This document shows positions 47,653-56,122 of a stretch of 64,000 bases of DNA, in pieces. Positions within the stretch are counted from its first letter, which is position 1; each line of letters starts with the position of its first letter. Source of the DNA: Pseudomonadota bacterium (lineage in GTDB: Bacteria; Desulfobacterota; Desulfobacteria; Desulfobacterales; JAHIVH01); NCBI GenBank assembly GCA_018816735.1, contig JAHIVH010000085.1, positions 18,066-82,065 on the forward strand, written 5' to 3'. Both the position numbers and the translations under genes were made by a program. A model generated the notes under the pieces. The model saw only the letters and a program-made list of their open reading frames with translations, was not told the DNA's origin and did not search any database.

Positions 47653-47814
47653 TTACATATTTGCATTTACAACGACCGACGTATGTTTCGAGTAGCCACT
47701 ATTGCCGTTCCCGAGTTGGCCATTGTCGTTGGCCCCGTATGCATACAGCATCCCGTCCGCACCAAGACAGCATACAAAACCGGCCAAGCATAAAACAAAA
47801 AAAAAATCGGGCAA
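47653..47814 (-). CDS. Mini-ORF encoding a hydrophobic leader plus a single RCC1-like repeat (possibly frame-disrupted)
   Basis: My own translation of the minus strand reads (TTG)PDFFFVLCLAGFVCCLGADGMLYAYGANDNGQLGNGNSGYSKHTSVVVNANM*. YGxNxxGQLGxG is the RCC1-repeat signature. It is below the 60-aa track cutoff. A well-placed ATG/SD at 47854 is one T out of frame. Confidence 0.3.
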   Translation of the reverse strand: MPDFFFVLCLAGFVCCLGADGMLYAYGANDNGQLGNGNSGYSKHTSVVVNANM

Positions 47815-47919
47815 AGGCGTTATTATATATACCTGAAAAGGAAGTCATCATCATATATCTCCATTGAAAATTGTGTCAGCCAAAATGATTCGGTATTTGA
47901 AACCGGCAGTGAAATAGGC

Positions 47920-48369
47920 TCAGGCCGATTCCATTTTCGTTCCGATGAATGTATCCACCTGGCCGCCGTTGATATTCAGAATCACGCCTGTAATGGATGT
48001 ACCGGATTTTTCGATATTTCCGCTGTATACATAGACAGTGACGTCAAACGTAAATGTGATCGGATTCACGATGAGTCCCGGAACATTGAATTGAATCTTT
48101 TTACCATCAATGGCGCCGGAAATATTTCCGGCATCAGATGTACCGGATAACGCATTTCCATTCTGGGAAAAATCAATGATGATCGTGTCCGGCCCGTTGC
48201 CGGTTACATTCTGAAAAATCCAGGCTCCTGAAATATCCAGTGCCTGAGCATCGTCGTCCGCATCGCTCCCGCCACCACTGCTGCTGCAGCCGGTGAAACA
48301 AACCAAGCATAAAACAAGTAATAATTGTGCAATTGCCAAATTGCATCTGTGAAGAAAAAAAACAGTCAT
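47920..48369 (-). CDS. Putative lipoprotein
   Basis: From the ATG at 48369: MTVFFLHRCNLAIAQLLLVLCLVCFTGCSSSGGGS is a signal peptide plus lipobox-like FTGC. The mature part is beta-rich. The track ORF extends to 48492. Confidence 0.65.
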   Translation of the reverse strand: MTVFFLHRCNLAIAQLLLVLCLVCFTGCSSSGGGSDADDDAQALDISGAWIFQNVTGNGPDTIIIDFSQNGNALSGTSDAGNISGAIDGKKIQFNVPGLIVNPITFTFDVTVYVYSGNIEKSGTSITGVILNINGGQVDTFIGTKMESA

Positions 48370-48700
48370 TTTCTTTACCCTTTCCTGAAAATATGTTGAT
48401 AAGATATTTTGTCTGATTTGGCACCGGACCTGTGCCTGTCTCAGAATGTCCACGCTATATTTAACAAACGATTGTCCGAGTTTAATGTTCACCGGATGAT
48501 TAAATTTTTCTAAAAAAGGAATTCATTATCAGTTTGATGTTTTTTTCGCAATAAGTAATTTATGTGTAGTTACTTTCGCGTACAGTGATCATGCTCTGAT
48601 CATATAAATGCTGAAAATTTGTGAACAATTCCTTCGGATAATGGCGGGTGCTTTGTAACGGCAGTATTATATTTTTTACAAAAATGATCGGGCCATCACC

Positions 48701-48748
48701 GCCCGGGTGTCGATCCAAAAGGTCAACCACAAGGGATTGCCTCTATGG
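48701..48748. repeat. Partial second copy of the REP-like element
   Basis: gcccggg...accacaagggattgcctctatgg compares with gcccgggaaaccacaagggattgcccctacgg at 45204-45235. It lies directly 3' of a minus-strand stop codon, as does the first copy. Confidence 0.4.
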
Positions 48749-48755
48749 TATGGTA

Positions 48756-50597
48756 TTATAATTTGTATTTACCGGCGATGATGGCATCGTAAACGGGTTT
48801 TGCAAGGGGCGTGTATTCATCCTCCCCGGGTAACAGCACATAAAGCGGATCAGGTATTTTTTCAGGATCAAATCCGTCTGTTTTGAGATTGGTTTTTTTG
48901 ATCTTGAATGTGGCGGTTGTTTCAAATTGGGTTTTGACGCGGATAAAAATCGGGACGGCGTATGAGGGCAGGTCTTTTTTTAATCTTTGGGCGAGTTCTT
49001 TTTTATTGATGTCGTCTTCCAGGGTATCGGTGATGATGGAGACCATTCCTGCCCGGCCGTCTGTTCCGGGAATGGCCACGCCATAAGCGGTTGCGGAAGA
49101 TATCCCATCTATCTGGTTTACCATTTCTTCCACTTCTGTGGTGGAGACATTTTCTCCTTTCCATCTGAAAGTGTCTCCCAGCCTGTCGACGAACTGGAGA
49201 TGTTTCAACCCGATCTCCCGCATCAGGTCGCCGGTATTGAACCACATGTCTCCTTTTTTAAATACATCCCTGAAGACTTTTTTGTCCGACTCTTCCTTGT
49301 TCGTGTATCCGATATAGGGAGAAAGATTTGTAATTTCCGTTAACATCAGCCCGGGTCGGCCGGGTTTCACTTTTTTCAGGAAGCCGTTCTGATCCCGAAT
49401 GACGTCCCCATCGTCAATATCATACTCTGCGATGGCATAGGGGGTGGGGCACAGGCCAACACTGCAGTCTATATTGAAAAAATTGGTGAATATGGATGGG
49501 CCTTCTGCTGCGCCGTAAAATTCATACACATGGGGTATGTCAAACCGTTTTTTAAACTGTTTCCAGATATCCGGGCGAAGACCGTTGCCGACAATTTTTT
49601 TCACCGGATTATCCCGGTCATCTGATTTTGGCGGCTGATTCATCAGGTAGCGCAATATCTCGCCAATATACATAAATGTCGTGGTATTGAATTTCCGGGT
49701 ATCGTTCCAGAAATTGCTGGCACTGAATTTTCGCCTGATGGCAATGGCGGCGCCGGATATTGCCGCCGTGGCCCATGCCACATGAAGGCCGTTTGTATGG
49801 TAGAAGGGAAGCGGAATATACATGGTGTCATCAGATGTCAAATCCATATTAAAGCGGCCAAACCATCGGCCCGCACCCACCCATTTGAAATTGAGCTGGA
49901 TAGACGCTTTGGGAAGACCTGTGGTTCCTGAGGTAAATACATAGGCAAAAGGATCTTTTAATCGTATTTCTTTTGTGGTGGATGGATTGGTCAAAGGAAA
50001 CCCCCCGGAGATCCGGGTTAAATCCAGGTAGCCTTCAGGCGGTTTCATATCCGATCCATCTGCCAGAAAATATATTTTGGCTGGCGCCGAAAGGTTCAGG
50101 TCCGGCCGGATTTCTTCAAATGCATCTCTCATCTCTTCGCCCACAATGAACAGATTTTTGCAGGTGATATTGACACTGTGGAGAAGTATCTTGCCGGTCT
50201 GGTTGGGGTTTATCAGGCTTGCGATAGCACCGACCTTGGCAAGCGCGCTGATAATCATGACCAGTTCAGGCCTGTTCTCCATGAAAACACCCACCACATC
50301 TCCTTTTTGAATATGTTCGGAAATAAAGTAGTTTGCATAACGGTTCACAGCCTCGTTGAGTTCCTTATGCGTGAAAACCTGATCTTCATACAAGAGGGCT
50401 CGTTTTTCCGGATGCATGGCTGCATTTCGTTCAATGACCATTCCTACCGAATTGATATCGTTCATGGATACGGTTTTCATTTCAAATACCGTTTTAAGCA
50501 AAGACGGTATTCTGGGAACTCTTGAAATGATTCCGGGTAGAAGATCGCGAAATGTTACAACCAGTTCTGTGTGTTGATTTGTGATAGGTGGTGTCAT
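48756..50597 (-). CDS. Long-chain / FATP-type acyl-CoA synthetase (AMP-forming)
   Basis: AMP-binding motif YVFTSGTTGLPKA, YGAAEG, TGDLM and FRWKGENVST (the FATP/VLACS-type signature). I prefer the ATG at 50597. Confidence 0.9.
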   Translation of the reverse strand: MTPPITNQHTELVVTFRDLLPGIISRVPRIPSLLKTVFEMKTVSMNDINSVGMVIERNAAMHPEKRALLYEDQVFTHKELNEAVNRYANYFISEHIQKGDVVGVFMENRPELVMIISALAKVGAIASLINPNQTGKILLHSVNITCKNLFIVGEEMRDAFEEIRPDLNLSAPAKIYFLADGSDMKPPEGYLDLTRISGGFPLTNPSTTKEIRLKDPFAYVFTSGTTGLPKASIQLNFKWVGAGRWFGRFNMDLTSDDTMYIPLPFYHTNGLHVAWATAAISGAAIAIRRKFSASNFWNDTRKFNTTTFMYIGEILRYLMNQPPKSDDRDNPVKKIVGNGLRPDIWKQFKKRFDIPHVYEFYGAAEGPSIFTNFFNIDCSVGLCPTPYAIAEYDIDDGDVIRDQNGFLKKVKPGRPGLMLTEITNLSPYIGYTNKEESDKKVFRDVFKKGDMWFNTGDLMREIGLKHLQFVDRLGDTFRWKGENVSTTEVEEMVNQIDGISSATAYGVAIPGTDGRAGMVSIITDTLEDDINKKELAQRLKKDLPSYAVPIFIRVKTQFETTATFKIKKTNLKTDGFDPEKIPDPLYVLLPGEDEYTPLAKPVYDAIIAGKYKL

Positions 50598-50638
50598 GTA
50601 TTTTCTCTTATTCTGATTTGTTATCGTTATAAAAGGGA

Positions 50639-51481
50639 TTATAATTTTGTGCCGCAATACTTACAGAAGACGGCATCATGATCATGTCCTTCTGCTGCAC
50701 ATTCCGGGCATGACTGGGTTGAGACTTTTTTAGGCCGCACCCGGGACATCTCCACCGTCACGATTCCTGTGGGAACGGCGATGATGCCATAACCCAGTAT
50801 CATTACCAGGGCAGCCAGGGCCTGACCGGCATTTGTTTTGGGAGAAATATCACCATATCCGACCGTAGTCAGGGTGACGATTGCCCAGTAAATGCTTCTC
50901 GGGATGCTGGTAAAACCGTTTCTCTGCCCTTCGATAATATACATCAGTGATCCCACAATAATGACCAGAATCATGACTGTAAAGAGAAAAATCGTAATTT
51001 TTCTCCGGCTTTCCTTCAGCGCCTGAAGAAGCATGGCAGATTCACCCAGATACTGGGCAATTTTCAATACCCTGAATATTCTTAAAACCCTTAATATCCG
51101 GATCACTATCATGTAATGACTGCCTGGAATGAAAAGCCCGATATACGTGGGGAGAATCGACAGCAAATCAACGATGCCGAAAAAGCTTTTCATGTATTTC
51201 ACCGGCCTCCCCACGCAGAGTATTCTTAAACCATATTCAATGGTAAAGATCAGGGTGAAGAACCATTCCGCAGTATAGAGAATGGGCCCATAGGCTGTTT
51301 TGATACTGTCCACACTGTCAAGCATCACAGTGATGACGCTTAAGAGAATGCTTATGATCAGCAGAATATCAAATAATTTTCCGGCAGACGTATCTGCTTC
51401 AAAGATGATTTCATGCAATACCGCCCGCCAGTGATGTTGCCGTATTTCAGTTGATGGAGCATTCACAATTATTACCTGCAA
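50639..51481 (-). CDS. Voltage-gated-type K+ channel (6TM) with a C-terminal zinc-ribbon tail
   Basis: S4-like IRILRVLRIFRVLKIAQ, selectivity filter TTVGYGD and C-terminal CPEC...CKYC. Alternative (TTG) start; the exact start is uncertain. Confidence 0.85.
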   Translation of the reverse strand: MQVIIVNAPSTEIRQHHWRAVLHEIIFEADTSAGKLFDILLIISILLSVITVMLDSVDSIKTAYGPILYTAEWFFTLIFTIEYGLRILCVGRPVKYMKSFFGIVDLLSILPTYIGLFIPGSHYMIVIRILRVLRIFRVLKIAQYLGESAMLLQALKESRRKITIFLFTVMILVIIVGSLMYIIEGQRNGFTSIPRSIYWAIVTLTTVGYGDISPKTNAGQALAALVMILGYGIIAVPTGIVTVEMSRVRPKKVSTQSCPECAAEGHDHDAVFCKYCGTKL

Positions 51482-51489
51482 TATCGAGA

Positions 51490-52560
51490 CTATAATAACA
51501 CTTGATCCGTATACGCCACATTGGCGTCTTCCGATTTATAGAGGGACACCGGTTTGTCATCCCGGAGGTCTTGGACCCAGTTGGGGTTTAAGAGCATGGA
51601 TTTTGCGCTTAAAATAATGTCCGCATCTTTTAAGGCATCATCGGCACTTTTACGGTCATAGATTTTCCCGCAGATCATGATGGGAAGTGTGGTCATTTCC
51701 CGGGTGAGTTGTGCCATATTTTTGTCTGTGCCAAAGGCTTTTTCCTTGTAATCGTAAGTGGAAACAGAAATGGCATCTATGGGCTCATCTGAAAACAAAC
51801 GAATGACTTCCTGGTAGTCTTCCTTTTTCTCAAAAAGAAAGACGTCCATATCGGCAATGCCCCAATTTGAGATTCTGGCGATGAGAAGCCTGTCTTCAGG
51901 AATGACCTGCCGAACAGCCTGGATCACTTCATGGGCAAATCGGTATCTGTTTTTAACCGAGCCGCCATAACCATCTGTCCGATTATTGGAGTAAGAAGAG
52001 AGAAATTGGCTGATCAGATATCCGTGTGCACAATGAATTTCCACACCGTCAAATCCTGCGGCAATAACGCCTTTGGATGTTTCAACAAACCCATTTATCA
52101 CATGGTCAATGTCAAATTGGCTCATCACATCCGGCACAGGATAAGGGGAACCGGTCAATGGATTCATTTGTTTCGGTGTGATCGCACTGGGCGCAATTGA
52201 CCTGTTTGCAGGGTTTACTTCCGGCCATGCCATTCGGCCACAATGAAAGAGCTGGCAAATGATCTTTGCCCCTTGTTTTTGAATCGATTTGACGATAGGC
52301 TGCCAGGCTTCGATTTGCCGTTTTGTAGTCAGGCGGGATTGATTGGGATATCCCTGAGCGCTTTCATAATCTGTTACAATGGCTTCCGTATAAATCAAGG
52401 CAGCACCGTTTTGCGCCCGCCTGACCAGAAAATCAAGCACATCCTTTCGAGGTATGCTGTCATGCTGGGATGACATGCGTGTCATGGGAGCCACGCCAAT
52501 CCGATTTTTCAGTTCAACATGTTTTAGCTTGAATGGAGAAAAAAGTGTCGTGTCTTTCAT
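51490..52560 (-). CDS. Old Yellow Enzyme-family NADH:flavin oxidoreductase
   Basis: 356 aa. N-terminal FSPFKLKHVELKNRIGVAPMT, plus HCAHGYLISQFLS and RTDGYGGS motifs. Confidence 0.9.
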   Translation of the reverse strand: MKDTTLFSPFKLKHVELKNRIGVAPMTRMSSQHDSIPRKDVLDFLVRRAQNGAALIYTEAIVTDYESAQGYPNQSRLTTKRQIEAWQPIVKSIQKQGAKIICQLFHCGRMAWPEVNPANRSIAPSAITPKQMNPLTGSPYPVPDVMSQFDIDHVINGFVETSKGVIAAGFDGVEIHCAHGYLISQFLSSYSNNRTDGYGGSVKNRYRFAHEVIQAVRQVIPEDRLLIARISNWGIADMDVFLFEKKEDYQEVIRLFSDEPIDAISVSTYDYKEKAFGTDKNMAQLTREMTTLPIMICGKIYDRKSADDALKDADIILSAKSMLLNPNWVQDLRDDKPVSLYKSEDANVAYTDQVLL

Positions 52561-52581
52561 TTTTAGGCCTCCTTTTTTTGC

Positions 52582-54327
52582 TCAACCTGTTATATGGCGC
52601 ACCATCGCCCTTCCGATAAATCTGGCCTTTGTCCCCAGGTTGAATCGGTTTAAATTTGTTTTTAAAATCCCTTTGGTAAATCGGGTGTGTTTTTTATAAT
52701 CGATATTCACTTCCACAATGACCGGTGTATGACCTGCAGCCAATTGAAGTGCCTTGGTGATGACCGTTTCGGCATCTTCATTTCTTTTCATCATCAGGAA
52801 TTGAGCGCCGGTTGCCATCGCTACCCCTTTGATGGACAGGTTTCCCAATACGGTACAGACTTTTCTGTTATAGGGAAGTTCCTGGGCCTGTGCGATTTGG
52901 GACAGTTCTCCATCTTTAAAGACAAAAAAAACAGCGCCGGTTTTAAGGGAAGTTGCGGTTAGAATTTCCATGCAGGTCATGGTAAATGCGCCATCGCCTA
53001 TAATTCCCACGACCTGGTTTTCGGGATGTGCCAGTTTTGTTCCGATCACTGCCGGTACAGCATACCCCATACAATTGAAATCGGTTGGTGATATGAATCT
53101 CCTGGAAGCATGAATCGGCATCAATTCTGCAGCAAGAAAGGTATGATTGCCATCGTCTGCCACAACAAAGTCATCGTCCTTCAGGCTGTTTCTCAGTTTT
53201 TCAAAAAAAACAGCCGGATTGACACGAGTCCCGCTGTTGTGCGCCAGCCATTCCTTTTTGTAGCTTTGTTTGTCTTTTTTTATCTGATCCCGGATATGGG
53301 TCCGATGATTTTGGGGGTTTTGTTTCTGCTGCAGTTTTTGCAGGACTGCATGAAGCATATTCAATGCATCTCCTTTGATTATCACCCTGGCCGGGTAATT
53401 GACGTTGAATACAGAAGGATTGATGTCAATATGGATCAGATTTTCAGGTACTGCCACACCGAAACTTCCTGTTGCGATTTCTCCAAATCGCGTGCCTATG
53501 GCCAGCATGCAGTCGCAGTTTTTAAACGCATTAGATGCCGCAGGCACGGCATATCCGCCAAAGCCCATCCCTGTGTGCAGCGGATGGTTTCCCGGGAATA
53601 CGCTTAATCCCTGCAGCGTGGTGCATACCGGCGCATTCAGATATTCGGCAATCCTGACGAGGTTATCCGTGGCGTCACGGGCACCCCAGCCCGCAAAAAT
53701 ACCCGGATTTTTTGCAGACATGATAAGCTCTACAGCCTGGTCGATTAGGGCGTCATCCGGATCAAATCCGGATTTTTTATCTTTTGAATCGTAGGGAGAC
53801 AAGTTTTCGATTTCGCCTGCATACAACTGGAGGTTGACGGGCACCTCCACGAAAACAGGCCCTGGTTCGCCGTCATGGGCGATTCGGTATGCTTCAAAAA
53901 TAGCAGGGACGATGTCCTTGTGCTCATTTATTTTGAATGTTTTCTTTGTTATTTCAGCCAAAAAATTCTGTTGATTCATTTCATGGAGCTGAAACGCGTA
54001 CTTACCGTCCGTCCTTACGCCTCCGGATATGACAATCATTGGGATTCCATCCAGGAATGCCTCACCTATGCCTGCCGATGCATACGCCGCCCCTGCAGCC
54101 GGAACAATAACCAATGTACCGGTCTTGTCAGATGTCCGGCTGATGGCATCTGCCATGAATGATGCGCATGCTTCATGGGTGACGAGAATAGGCGTAATGG
54201 TTTTCGAAAGATTTAATTCATCGTAAATTTCTGTGTTATGAACACCGGGAATGCCAAAAGTGTAAGTGATGCCCAACTCTTCCAGTGCATATCTGACCAA
54301 CCAGGCACCTGTTTTTTTCATATTCAT
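52582..54327 (-). CDS. Thiamine-diphosphate-dependent enzyme (acetolactate synthase-like superfamily)
   Basis: 581 aa. N-terminal Pyr domain (FGIPGVHNTEIYD...THEACASFMADA) and the ThDP motif GIIGDGAFTMT...E. Substrate unknown. Confidence 0.9.
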   Translation of the reverse strand: MNMKKTGAWLVRYALEELGITYTFGIPGVHNTEIYDELNLSKTITPILVTHEACASFMADAISRTSDKTGTLVIVPAAGAAYASAGIGEAFLDGIPMIVISGGVRTDGKYAFQLHEMNQQNFLAEITKKTFKINEHKDIVPAIFEAYRIAHDGEPGPVFVEVPVNLQLYAGEIENLSPYDSKDKKSGFDPDDALIDQAVELIMSAKNPGIFAGWGARDATDNLVRIAEYLNAPVCTTLQGLSVFPGNHPLHTGMGFGGYAVPAASNAFKNCDCMLAIGTRFGEIATGSFGVAVPENLIHIDINPSVFNVNYPARVIIKGDALNMLHAVLQKLQQKQNPQNHRTHIRDQIKKDKQSYKKEWLAHNSGTRVNPAVFFEKLRNSLKDDDFVVADDGNHTFLAAELMPIHASRRFISPTDFNCMGYAVPAVIGTKLAHPENQVVGIIGDGAFTMTCMEILTATSLKTGAVFFVFKDGELSQIAQAQELPYNRKVCTVLGNLSIKGVAMATGAQFLMMKRNEDAETVITKALQLAAGHTPVIVEVNIDYKKHTRFTKGILKTNLNRFNLGTKARFIGRAMVRHITG

Positions 54328-54364
54328 ATTGCACCGCCGTCGCTTATAATGAAGACTTTTATTT

Positions 54365-54384
54365 TGTGATTATCCGGGATCACA
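54365..54384. promoter_or_regulatory. Inverted repeat TGTGAT-N8-ATCACA upstream of the ThDP-enzyme operon
   Basis: Perfect 6-bp arms at 54365-54370 and 54379-54384, 38-57 nt from the minus-strand start codon at 54327. Confidence 0.3.
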
Positions 54385-54772
54385 ATCGGGTCTCTCATGT
54401 TTACAGGATATTTTAAAGTTAATCGGTTGAGTTTGTCTCTGTTGTCATCTGACGGAGAATTTTCAACAACCTGGCCGGTTTATTTTACAGATACGATGTA
54501 TTTAGTTCGTAGCATATCACCTGAATCTTTGTCGACCTGAAATTTGACTTTAGATGTATATCTGTTGCATGGTCGGTATAACGATTTTTTTATCATCAGC
54601 CGCCCAAGGAAAAAAAAGGGATACAAAAAACAGCATCGATTAGAGTTTTCCGTATAAAATAAACTAGATGAAAAAAAGTTCGATCTCTAAACAATTGACG
54701 CAAGTTCAAACCCGGATTTTTTCCTTGACTTTTAGTCCTTTTTTCTGCTCATATTGATTAAACCAATTAGAG

Positions 54773-54789
54773 TAACAACTCAGTTGTTA
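54773..54789. promoter_or_regulatory. Palindrome TAACAAC-tca-GTTGTTA upstream of the Bzd-like operon
   Basis: Perfect 7-bp arms, about 115 nt before the ATG at 54905. A TTGACT hexamer lies at about 54725. Confidence 0.3.
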
Positions 54790-54904
54790 AAATTTATCCG
54801 GGCAAACATACTAACGAATCCAATGGATCACAGAGATGTTTGTTCAATTTTAGACTAAAGTCGACTATCGATTTTTAGCAAGCTTGAAAACAGGATCATA
54901 TAGT

Positions 54905-56122
54905 ATGGATTTTCTGGATACGATTAAGGAAAAAGCGTCCTCAGACGGTAACGCTGATCTTAATGCGTTTAGTCAAAGGGGGAAAAAGATCATCGGGTAT
55001 TTTTGTTCCTACTTCCCCGAGGAAATCATTCATGCCGCAGGCATGATTCCTTACAGGATGAGAGCAACCGGAAAAAGTGACACCACAAAAGGGGATATCT
55101 TCTTTTCATCCCTGAATTGCACCTTTGTAAGACGGTGTTTTGACAAGGCACTGAATCAACATTTTGATTTTTTGGATGGGATTATTTTTTTAAATGGGTG
55201 TGACCATACCAGACGGCTGTATGACAATTGGCGGCATGCAGATATTAAACCGGACTTCAGGTACATGTTTGTTGCGCCTCACAAAATAGGGAGACTTGCT
55301 GAAGAACGGTTTTCTGAAGAAATGGTCAATCTGAAAACGGCTGTCGAAAATGCATTTGATCTTGTGATAACCGATGATGCCTTGCGTCGTTCCATTCATC
55401 TGTACAACAAAAAGCGCCAATTGATTGCCGCGCTTTACAGGGAAAGACTAAAAGAAAGCGTCCCCATAAAAGGCAGTGAACTGCTTTCAATCATGCTGAC
55501 GATAACCATGATGCCGGTTGAGGATGCCATTTCCCTCCTTGAAACGGTTATTGAAAAAATAGATGGACGAAAAACACACAAAGAAGGCGACTTGCGTGTT
55601 TTTATGGGTGGGGGGTGCGTTGAAGAAATTGCCCACCTTGAGCTGATAGAATCTGTAGGTGCTTCCATTGTGGCAGACAATCTTTGCCTGGGATACCGGC
55701 ATGCGGACATGCTCTGTGATGAATCCATGGATCCCTTTTTATCACTGGCCCGAAGGTATCTGAATCATTTTTCCTGCCCAAGGATGATGAATGATTTCAG
55801 AAGACGACTCGATTTTCTTCATACAGTCAAAAAAGAGGCGGCCATAGATGCATTCATTTTTGAAAAATTGAAATTCTGTGATCTCTGGGGCGGGGAGATG
55901 TATCTTTGCCGACAGGAATCAAGAAAACACAATTATCCGATTTTGCTGCTTGAAAGAGAGCTGTACGGTGGAAGCACCGGTCAAATACGCACACGGATAC
56001 AGGCTTTTTTTGAACAGGTCAGGAATCAATCTTATACACCGTCAGAGCTTGTCGTAAGCGCCGGGAATAATTACAAAGCGGTGATGGGGGGTATAACAAG
56101 AGAGGAAAAGGATCATTCATGA
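54905..56122 (+). CDS. BcrC/BzdN/HgdB-type subunit of an ATP-dependent radical CoA-ester enzyme
   Basis: KKIIGYFCSYFPEEIIHAAGMIPYRMRA and NGCDHTRR, FCDLW blocks of the PF06050-type family. About 405 aa from the ATG at 54905. Confidence 0.85.
   Translation: MDFLDTIKEKASSDGNADLNAFSQRGKKIIGYFCSYFPEEIIHAAGMIPYRMRATGKSDTTKGDIFFSSLNCTFVRRCFDKALNQHFDFLDGIIFLNGCDHTRRLYDNWRHADIKPDFRYMFVAPHKIGRLAEERFSEEMVNLKTAVENAFDLVITDDALRRSIHLYNKKRQLIAALYRERLKESVPIKGSELLSIMLTITMMPVEDAISLLETVIEKIDGRKTHKEGDLRVFMGGGCVEEIAHLELIESVGASIVADNLCLGYRHADMLCDESMDPFLSLARRYLNHFSCPRMMNDFRRRLDFLHTVKKEAAIDAFIFEKLKFCDLWGGEMYLCRQESRKHNYPILLLERELYGGSTGQIRTRIQAFFEQVRNQSYTPSELVVSAGNNYKAVMGGITREEKDHS

Noticed and set aside
47661-47867. 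A 68-aa plus-strand ORF in the gap upstream of the OM barrel gene.
   Set aside because: The product is basic and low-complexity with no motif. The opposite strand carries an SD/ATG and a recognisable RCC1-repeat frame that is co-oriented with the surrounding operon.
54365-54384. TGTGA...TCACA considered as a CRP/FNR-family site.
   Set aside because: The spacing is TGTGA-N10-TCACA, whereas canonical CRP/FNR sites are N6. It is kept only as a generic inverted repeat.
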